Virus record (IMG/VR): IMGVR_UViG_3300034066_002191
Source: a virus
Direction: 5' to 3' (one strand)
DNA length: 64,000 bases
This document shows positions 56,702 to 64,000 of the stretch, piece by piece. The notes below the pieces were generated by a model. That model made no database searches, was not told where the DNA came from, and saw nothing but the letters and a program-made list of their open reading frames with translations. The position numbers and the translations under genes are program-made. The stretch's first letter is position 1; each line of letters begins with the position of its first letter.

Positions 56702-56703
56702 AA

Positions 56704-58632
56704 TTATCTACTAATTTCTTCCCAGTCCAGGGAAGCAAAAACATCGGCACCAGCAGTATTAGATGCACATACAAGTGTTAGTTCATAAGGAGTTCCAGTC
56801 AGTCCATTTCTTTCTAACTGAAACTTAAATAGTGCTTCTTTCAGAATATCTACCGATGTGGAAGATTGATTGGTTGATGAGAAGAAACCAGATGCTAATA
56901 TTCTTCCACCACTCACGGTTCCTCCATCAATCTTATATTCCACTGCACTATCAACACCAGCACTGACCCAAGTGCCTCCACTTGTAGTTGCTGATGCTCT
57001 CACTTGCCAGTTGTATTCTGGTCCATTTCCAATACCCATCAGTGATAGTGCGGTCAAAATTACAATCGCATCTAATCTATTTGGAGAAGTTTTGAGACGA
57101 ATAGAAATAACTGGATAATAAGTTCCCGCAGGAGAAGGTAAATCTACTGGTGCTGTAATTGGAGTATTTACTGCCTGTTGCAATCCACGCAATTCATAAC
57201 CACCTTCCGAAATTACGGTAGAGCAAACTTGTTTGAGTGTGCTGCTGCTTGTAGTAATTGCAGTATTAGCAATCTCATATCTCAAAGGTAATGATGCTGT
57301 TGTGATATAAGTTCCTTCAATTACATTTGCGTGATGGAATGAATGGCAGTGAATAAATTGTCCGTTGATTACAAATCCCATTCTTACGGTTCCAAGTCCC
57401 AACCACTCAATATCCATCCACATAATTTGTGCTTTTGTGGTGTCTAATGTGATACCAGAAGCACCAGTTCCATCTAACCTATCAATATTCCAACTTGATT
57501 GTGCGACTCTGGTTGTGGTTGCGGTAGATAAACTTCTTTCTACAAAATATAAAGTATTCCCATCAAGTTCCAGATACATTCCATTATCAGCACCAAAATA
57601 TCCAACTCTTTGTCTTAGATTTGTTTTTGGTGCATTCATTACAAAAGTGTTTAAAACCAATAATGATTTTCCTGGTTGATATGAGAATACTTTTGTTGTT
57701 TCTCTAATTGCAGAACAACCAGCAGTAGTTCCAATACCAATATTAATCAAACCTTGTGCTGTTACAAATCCAACTGTAGAACCAGTTCCTACAACTAAAC
57801 TTTCCCAAAGATTATTGTCTCTATATCTGTGAGAACTATCAAAAAGTGTAAGTGGATTTGATACTCTCAGTCTTGCAAATGCATCAGTTTGAGTAGGTGG
57901 TAGAGTAACTGGCAATACTGCTGTTGTAGAAATTCCAACAGTTCCAGTTACGGGAAATGGATTAGAAGAACTTACTGGTGCATTATTAACATTGATTGAT
58001 ATTTGCCCTGTTGTTCCAATTCCTACTGTTCCCTGAACTGTGACTGTTGAACCAATACCTGATACTGCGACTGTTGTGACTGGATTGGTTACATAGAAGG
58101 AAGTATTGGATATTGATACTGTATTTGCAATAGAAACAGTTCCTCCAACAGTTACAGAGGTGACTGGATTTAAGACATAAAAACCAGTATTTGCAATTGA
58201 TACTGAACCACCAATTCCAGTTACATAGAATGAAGTATTGGAAATTGAAACCGATGAACCAAAACCAGAAATATAAAAACTTGTATTAGATATTGCTACG
58301 GTATTCAGTAATGAAGAAATGCCAACTGGAAGATATGTAAGATTTAGATTTACTGTTCCAACACCAACTGGAAGATATGGAACAGTTAAAATGCTACTTA
58401 TCCCAACTTCTGTGATGTGAGTATGAACTGGATTTTCTGGAGTGCTTGAAACATCTACAGTTGCTCCAATACTCACATCACCATTAATCGTAATATTTGA
58501 ACTTCCAAGAGATACTGGAAATGGATTTTCAAAAGAAACTGGATTACCATCTTTTGTGGCAATCATCGGTACTTCAAAAAGACTTCTTTCTTGATTTAGG
58601 AAGTCTTGATTAACTTTATTCCACTGTGCCAT
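56704..58632 (-). CDS. large beta-rich virion structural protein with internal repeats
   Basis: MAQWNK start, NPFPV, about 4x VSI(S/A)NT(S/G)FY repeats, DAFARLRVS.P, YQPGKS, WLGLG. Confidence 0.75.
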   Translation of the reverse strand: MAQWNKVNQDFLNQERSLFEVPMIATKDGNPVSFENPFPVSLGSSNITINGDVSIGATVDVSSTPENPVHTHITEVGISSILTVPYLPVGVGTVNLNLTYLPVGISSLLNTVAISNTSFYISGFGSSVSISNTSFYVTGIGGSVSIANTGFYVLNPVTSVTVGGTVSIANTVSISNTSFYVTNPVTTVAVSGIGSTVTVQGTVGIGTTGQISINVNNAPVSSSNPFPVTGTVGISTTAVLPVTLPPTQTDAFARLRVSNPLTLFDSSHRYRDNNLWESLVVGTGSTVGFVTAQGLINIGIGTTAGCSAIRETTKVFSYQPGKSLLVLNTFVMNAPKTNLRQRVGYFGADNGMYLELDGNTLYFVERSLSTATTTRVAQSSWNIDRLDGTGASGITLDTTKAQIMWMDIEWLGLGTVRMGFVINGQFIHCHSFHHANVIEGTYITTASLPLRYEIANTAITTSSSTLKQVCSTVISEGGYELRGLQQAVNTPITAPVDLPSPAGTYYPVISIRLKTSPNRLDAIVILTALSLMGIGNGPEYNWQVRASATTSGGTWVSAGVDSAVEYKIDGGTVSGGRILASGFFSSTNQSSTSVDILKEALFKFQLERNGLTGTPYELTLVCASNTAGADVFASLDWEEISR

Positions 58633-58635
58633 GAA

Positions 58636-58953
58636 TCAAATCCACTCTAGTTTTGATGGGTGATATCTTTGTGCGTTTTTAATATTGAAATTCTTTTCCT
58701 CTGCAGGATAAATTTGATGAACAATTGCCCCAGGATATTGTCTCTGAAGTTCTTCACCAAGTTCTTGTTTAGATGGTAAACCAGATCTAGTTACTAGTTC
58801 TAGTCTATACAAACTACCTTGCCACATAACATCTGCAACATAACTCTCGCCAACCTGTTGAGGTTGTTCTGGTTGAGAATTGATATAGAGATTTCCAGTA
58901 AAATCGCCAGCAATATTAACCGATTCAGATATAAATTGCTTGAATGATTTCAT
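58636..58953 (-). CDS. prohead core-like protein with capsid-targeting-type N-terminus
   Basis: MKSFKQFISE; position after gp20. Confidence 0.7.
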   Translation of the reverse strand: MKSFKQFISESVNIAGDFTGNLYINSQPEQPQQVGESYVADVMWQGSLYRLELVTRSGLPSKQELGEELQRQYPGAIVHQIYPAEEKNFNIKNAQRYHPSKLEWI

Positions 58954-58954
58954 A

Positions 58955-59107
58955 TCAATCTTCTTCATTATCAAATAATGAAGCAGCAACTGCAGGTCTA
59001 AATCCGTTTATTTTATCTGATGACTTTTGATAAAGAATATCCTTGATTTTATCACTAATCTGTGAAGGAGATTCGTCAGAAGCAATCATATCCATTAAGT
59101 CTTCCAT
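58955..59107 (-). CDS. small prohead core protein (gp67-like position, 50 aa)
   Basis: Translated by hand: MEDLMDMIASDESPSQISDKIKDIL; late promoter upstream. Confidence 0.7.
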   Translation of the reverse strand: MEDLMDMIASDESPSQISDKIKDILYQKSSDKINGFRPAVAASLFDNEED

Positions 59108-59141
59108 AAAATTAAAAAATGTATGTTTTTATTATTTAGAT

Positions 59142-60824
59142 TTAAATTTCCCCACCTTTTGGCGGTTCTACTATTTTTTCATTTGCTTGAGGTTCGATTG
59201 GTACTTTTCCCAACTCGCCTTGTACATTATCTCCAATTTCTAATGGTATACCAGTATTTGGATCTACTGGTATACTAGGATCTGGTATTATTCCTTTTTG
59301 TATTTCTTTTTTAATTAATTCGTCTTGTTCTACTATTTCTTGGTCGGTTTGTCTCAATATATTTCTTCTCACATAATCTTGGGAATAATATTTTCCAATG
59401 TAAGGTTCAGCCATAGAAAGCATATTTAACCTATCAGTCATGAGCTCAGAGTTTTTCAATTCTGCAAAATGGTTATCATAAAGAAAATCATATTGTATGT
59501 GTTCATTCATTTGATTCCAATCTTCTGGAGTAATGATATTTTTTAGTATCAATTGAGTTTTTAGCATATCACTAAACATATTAGAAAATCTTTTTCTGAG
59601 TCTTCCTACAAATTTGCTGAATTTTAATTCATCACGAAGAATCTCAGAAGATCTACCTAGATTGAACCCACCTTCTCCATCAATTCTAGAAGATGGTACA
59701 TTTAAAGATTTGTATAATTTGCTCTGGAAGTAATTGATATCAGTTATTTCTCCTAGATTTTGTCCACCAGGTAAAGTGTCAATTTCTGTTCCTCTACCAC
59801 CTTCACGACGAGGGAGCCAAAAATCTTCTAACATGCTCATAAATTTTTTATCATCACGAATTTCTCCAGTGGATGCATCATAAACTAATTTATTACGATA
59901 TCGCATCATGACATCACGAAGATATTGTTCTGCCTTTACTTTTGGTAAGTTGCCAACATCAATATAAAAAATTCTACGCTCTGGTGCACGAGATAAACGA
60001 TAAATTACCAAAGAATCTTCAATCATTCTTAGTTGATTGAGAGCCTTGATTGCCTTATTCAAATAGGATAATGTAGTTCCTTTATTTCTATCTACTAATC
60101 CAGAAGTACAATAAGTAATTGCATCTTTTGCTATTTTAACTCCTCTGTCTGGAGATGCTGTCCCCATATTTGCAATACCACCACCAACAGGATATGAACT
60201 TTTTGGATCATATATGAAATATTCTTCTATCTCTGGGAATTTAAAATTCATTGGATTTTGATCACCAACCAATGGATTAGTCATTCTTGGTGAATTTTCT
60301 TCCTTTTTATTTTTTTTCTCTTGTCTCACATAACGCATTTTCATGGAATCTATATATCTCAATTCTTGAATTCCATCATGTGGCCTTTTCAGATCTATTA
60401 CTTTATGGTAATATAATCTTCCATCAATGTACCAGTTTCTGTATATTTCGTGAGCTTTTTTGTCAAAATCCAATAGTTCTAGTATGTACTTAAACTCTTC
60501 TCTTATTTTCTGCTTTAGTCCATCACTTGCATTTAAGTTTGATAATTCAATTTGGATGGGAGAATCATTAGTATCTGATACTATTGCCTCATTTACTATA
60601 TCTTCAATAGCACTATCAACTTCTGGGTGAAGTGCCATTTCTCTATATCTTTTGATTAAATCAAATTCGGTTCTATATACTCCTTCAATATCTACATAAG
60701 ATCCAAAAAAACCGCTAGTCAAATAGTGATCAACCCCATCCTCGTCATTGCGAGGAATGGGGGACAATGTAGATGGGGATATTTTTTCAGAGTCTTCAAT
60801 CGAAAAACCAAACAATCTAGCCAT
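59142..60824 (-). CDS. gp20: portal protein gp20
   Basis: MARLFGF, WYIDGR, RAPERRIFYIDVGNLP, EDFWLPRREGGRGTEI. Confidence 0.98.
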   Translation of the reverse strand: MARLFGFSIEDSEKISPSTLSPIPRNDEDGVDHYLTSGFFGSYVDIEGVYRTEFDLIKRYREMALHPEVDSAIEDIVNEAIVSDTNDSPIQIELSNLNASDGLKQKIREEFKYILELLDFDKKAHEIYRNWYIDGRLYYHKVIDLKRPHDGIQELRYIDSMKMRYVRQEKKNKKEENSPRMTNPLVGDQNPMNFKFPEIEEYFIYDPKSSYPVGGGIANMGTASPDRGVKIAKDAITYCTSGLVDRNKGTTLSYLNKAIKALNQLRMIEDSLVIYRLSRAPERRIFYIDVGNLPKVKAEQYLRDVMMRYRNKLVYDASTGEIRDDKKFMSMLEDFWLPRREGGRGTEIDTLPGGQNLGEITDINYFQSKLYKSLNVPSSRIDGEGGFNLGRSSEILRDELKFSKFVGRLRKRFSNMFSDMLKTQLILKNIITPEDWNQMNEHIQYDFLYDNHFAELKNSELMTDRLNMLSMAEPYIGKYYSQDYVRRNILRQTDQEIVEQDELIKKEIQKGIIPDPSIPVDPNTGIPLEIGDNVQGELGKVPIEPQANEKIVEPPKGGEI

Positions 60825-60854
60825 AATTTATTTTCGTATATTATCTTATATTTA

Positions 60855-61493
60855 TTACTTGATAATATTGGTAGATCCAGCCTGATCTGCTGTTGTTTCT
60901 CCAGCAGTCCAGTAAAGAATTTGGAATTCTACGGTATAAGTTTCAATATCATCTGCAGTATCATATGAAAGATCGATCTGACTCACATTAGTTGGGAAAA
61001 TCTGATAAAATTTATATGTTCTAAGTGGTGTTAATGGCCCACCATTTGCATCACTGAAGTTAGATGTAGATTCCTTAGAAGAACCTCTTCCAAGTTGGTA
61101 GACATATGCATCGACCATATATGAATTTGGGTCTGTAGCACCAGTTGCATTTTCCAACTTATTAATGTGATTCATCCACTTCTCAAATGCAGTTCTTAGT
61201 CTGAAGTTTTCATCATTTATGATAGTAACAGTCCATGGATCGAAAGTTCTATCACCAGCTACTTTCAGTGTACGGCCCCTAAATGGCACATCTATTGGAT
61301 TGACATTAGAAGCTGGTAGGGCAGCAGTTTTACATAAAAAACTAAATAACTCAGATTCTTGTCCGGCCCCAGTTCCCCAATTAGAAGAAATTGCTGAAGG
61401 AAATGCAGGAATACTAACTTCGAATAGATTAGGACGAGCACCACCACCAACTAATTTGGATTTAAATTGAGAGATTGTTCTTAATTGTGACAT
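60855..61493 (-). CDS. gp19: tail tube protein gp19
   Basis: GGARPNLFEV, FRGR.LKVAGDRTF. Confidence 0.97.
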   Translation of the reverse strand: MSQLRTISQFKSKLVGGGARPNLFEVSIPAFPSAISSNWGTGAGQESELFSFLCKTAALPASNVNPIDVPFRGRTLKVAGDRTFDPWTVTIINDENFRLRTAFEKWMNHINKLENATGATDPNSYMVDAYVYQLGRGSSKESTSNFSDANGGPLTPLRTYKFYQIFPTNVSQIDLSYDTADDIETYTVEFQILYWTAGETTADQAGSTNIIK

Positions 61494-61526
61494 TGTTAAA
61501 TTCTCCTTTTGTAGTCGATTTTAAAT

Positions 61527-63707
61527 TTAAACTCTTCCTGTCACTTCTTCGAAGCTAACTCCAGTTCGAGTAGCAACGAAAGTTAGAGTTACATAATTAA
61601 TTGATTTAGTTGGCTTCAAGAATATGTCAGCTCTAAATTCATTGTTATCAATGACATCGGGTGTATTATTTGTTTCGTCACAAATGACTCTAAAATCATA
61701 CACACCTCGCTTGGCCTGAATATCACGGAGATATGGCTCAACAATGTTTACAAAGTTTGCACGAGTTAGTGGATCATTTAATTCAAATAATTGAGCCTGT
61801 GCTGTTCTTTCCAACGCTTGTTCTACAGTCAAGAATAATCTACGAACATTAATTCTATCAAATGCGGAAGCATATCCAAGAGCTGTTTTATCCCCAAAAA
61901 GAATTATACCAACACCAGGTTGATTTACTATTGAGTTTATTCTTATTGGATACAAGCGATCTCTTTGTGCTTTTGTTGGATTGTATGCAAGCTTAATCGC
62001 ATTATTTAAAACTCCTCTCTGTTGGCCAGCAGGGGAATACCAGGGATACGAGTTTATACTAGTCCTGACCATTAAACCAGCAATGTCTGGATTGCATGGA
62101 ATGTAGCGGAATCTATTGTTAAAACGATCATAAGTGTACTTATATCCACTGTCAAATACAGTATATGAAGAAGAAGACAAAGGACTGAAAAATTGTACAA
62201 TTTGATTGGTTTGATCTTCTGTATTTGTTCTATTTACTACATCCGTTCTATGGGTAGAGATTACTGCCATGCAATCTTTTCTAGAATTAGCAATAGAAAT
62301 CAATTCTTGCGCTTTTGCCTGTGATTGCGTTTTTTCTGTTAGTCCAGGACCCATAATGAGATAATCTACTGAAACCTCATCTTTATTCGAAAACAGTCTA
62401 TATGATGTAACCAAATCACCTAATTGCGCTTCCATTCCATTATTATCGCCATAATCTTTTCCTCCGGAAAGGGTATAGGTCACATTTCCAATCGCACTAA
62501 ACACCTTATTTTGTGCATCGGTATTCCACAATCCAGCAGCAGTAGTCAATCCAACATAACCGGAAGAGAAGCCAGTTTGGTATATGGATTCGTTATTTTG
62601 GCCATCTGATGGATTGTCTCCAGCATAAACATAATTTGATAATTGTGCCAAATAATCTTTCCACCAAATTTTTTGCGGAGAATTTACTGCAGAAATAGAA
62701 TCAGTTGCTTTTGATAAGAATAAATGCTTCTCTATGAGATTGCCTTGAATTCCAGTTACATTACCAGTGTCATCAATAATTGCAATGTGCAACGCATCAT
62801 TTTTTCCGTTTCTTTCCGCTACATATTGATTTGTAGTTGGCTTTGGTGCCAGGGACTTCCAATATACTGTGCTGTTAACGAGCCCAAGAGTTTGTTGGTC
62901 ATACCAATCTAAAACTGAATTTGCCCCAGAAAGAGTAGTTGACCCAATTCCACTTTGAGATTGGCTGCTAATTATTACGGAATTGCCAACAAAAAACGAT
63001 TTTAGTTGATTTCTTTCTGCATAAGAGATGCTCTCCTCTACTCCATTAGTTGTTACAGTGGAAATAATTTTTACATCTATAGTTTGACTAGTTGTATTGA
63101 TACCAGTAATTATTGATTTTAAGTGGCCATTAAATAATTGGGTTTCCCCATTTGCAATTATTGTTTGGTCCACCAAATTGGTTGTTACCGCATATCCAAC
63201 TTGAGCAAATGTGATTGCGGAACCTACTGTAAGAGTTTGATCCGCTTTATCGTCAATGACGCAAACCTTCAAATCATTGGACCATGACCCTGGAGTTTTT
63301 GCGGCAAATACATAATTTGCAGTATCTTCGGAATAAGTTGATTCATATTGATCAAAATTTTTAATCAATAGGGTAGCATTCCCAACAGTAGAAACACCAG
63401 ATACATTTCTGGCAGCATTTGCATTCACTAAATTTGGTCCAGAAGTTCTTACTACTTTAAGAACTCCACCATAAGTTAAAAATGAAGACGCGCTCATCCA
63501 ATACTCATATTGAGCATCGTTTGACATTGGTTTCCCAAAAACATTTATTAGTTGCTGTTCTGTGGCAATATCTACTGGTTCATCTACAGGTCCGATTGCA
63601 AATGGTCCTGCAATTGCCCCAATATTATCCAGTACATTGTCAGCTCTTCCTACAGTTAAATCAACCTCTCTGACAAGTACGCCTGGAGATAATTGAGGAG
63701 TAGCCAT
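61527..63707 (-). CDS. gp18: tail sheath protein gp18
   Basis: SPGVLVREVDLT, PWYSPAG, FDRINVRRLF, KPTKSINY. Confidence 0.98.
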   Translation of the reverse strand: MATPQLSPGVLVREVDLTVGRADNVLDNIGAIAGPFAIGPVDEPVDIATEQQLINVFGKPMSNDAQYEYWMSASSFLTYGGVLKVVRTSGPNLVNANAARNVSGVSTVGNATLLIKNFDQYESTYSEDTANYVFAAKTPGSWSNDLKVCVIDDKADQTLTVGSAITFAQVGYAVTTNLVDQTIIANGETQLFNGHLKSIITGINTTSQTIDVKIISTVTTNGVEESISYAERNQLKSFFVGNSVIISSQSQSGIGSTTLSGANSVLDWYDQQTLGLVNSTVYWKSLAPKPTTNQYVAERNGKNDALHIAIIDDTGNVTGIQGNLIEKHLFLSKATDSISAVNSPQKIWWKDYLAQLSNYVYAGDNPSDGQNNESIYQTGFSSGYVGLTTAAGLWNTDAQNKVFSAIGNVTYTLSGGKDYGDNNGMEAQLGDLVTSYRLFSNKDEVSVDYLIMGPGLTEKTQSQAKAQELISIANSRKDCMAVISTHRTDVVNRTNTEDQTNQIVQFFSPLSSSSYTVFDSGYKYTYDRFNNRFRYIPCNPDIAGLMVRTSINSYPWYSPAGQQRGVLNNAIKLAYNPTKAQRDRLYPIRINSIVNQPGVGIILFGDKTALGYASAFDRINVRRLFLTVEQALERTAQAQLFELNDPLTRANFVNIVEPYLRDIQAKRGVYDFRVICDETNNTPDVIDNNEFRADIFLKPTKSINYVTLTFVATRTGVSFEEVTGRV

Positions 63708-63774
63708 GTTTTTCTCCCTAAAATACTCAGTTTCTCTAAAAAATATTTATGTAAAACTTTATTTTCAGAGTAAT

Positions 63775-64000
63775 TTAAAAATTATATTGCCAAAGAGATG
63801 CCATGTCACCATACTCGTCCACATACCACCTGTCACCTTCCGCATCAACAAAATTGTCAGATTCTCTTCCATCAACTATAAAGCCAAAAGGAGACATGTC
63901 CTGCTCTAGTTGATTTTGCTGTTCTTCATATAATCTTTTTCGGACATCATTATCTGTCATTTCTTTGAAATAATCTTGGACAATGAGCCAGGCAAAAATT
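63775..64000 (-). CDS. gp17: terminase large subunit gp17, C-terminal fragment
   Basis: FAWL..QDYFKEMTDNDVR..EQDMSPFGFI; synteny; truncated by the window edge. Confidence 0.85.
   Translation of the reverse strand, partial: IFAWLIVQDYFKEMTDNDVRKRLYEEQQNQLEQDMSPFGFIVDGRESDNFVDAEGDRWYVDEYGDMASLWQYNF

Noticed and set aside
1-64000. CRISPR array, integrase, transposase or rRNA
   Set aside because: No regularly spaced repeats or corresponding protein/RNA motifs were seen.

Overview
This is a 64-kb segment of a T4-like cyanomyovirus genome (Kyanoviridae-type, AT-rich, probably infecting freshwater Synechococcus/Cyanobium). Almost all genes are on the - strand. Reading from right to left it contains: (1) the virion module (gp17 3' end, gp18, gp19, gp20, gp21, gp22, gp23, gp3); (2) replication, recombination and transcription genes (uvsY, uvsW, gp55, gp47, gp46, CobT/CobS-like pair, gp45, gp44, gp62, regA, hsp20, gp43, uvsX, gp41, mazG, gp61, nrdA, nrdB); (3) several late, probably head-packaged proteins; (4) seven tRNAs; (5) a multi-pseudoknot manA/wcaG-like RNA; (6) an ~11.6-kb GDP-fucose/GDP-colitose and glycosyltransferase island; (7) host-derived genes (porin, two hli, petF); and (8) a lysis region. 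The best candidate for an undescribed system is the lysis module. There a C39-like peptidase and a GH24 lysozyme are joined by a textbook -1 ribosomal frameshift signal (A_AAA_AAG, stop codon, 7-nt spacer, 10-bp hairpin). Upstream of them a late promoter is buried in a terminator/RBS hairpin, and a holin-like gene plus an overlapping cationic peptide lie on the opposite strand. All calls come from reading motifs by eye; no database searches were run.
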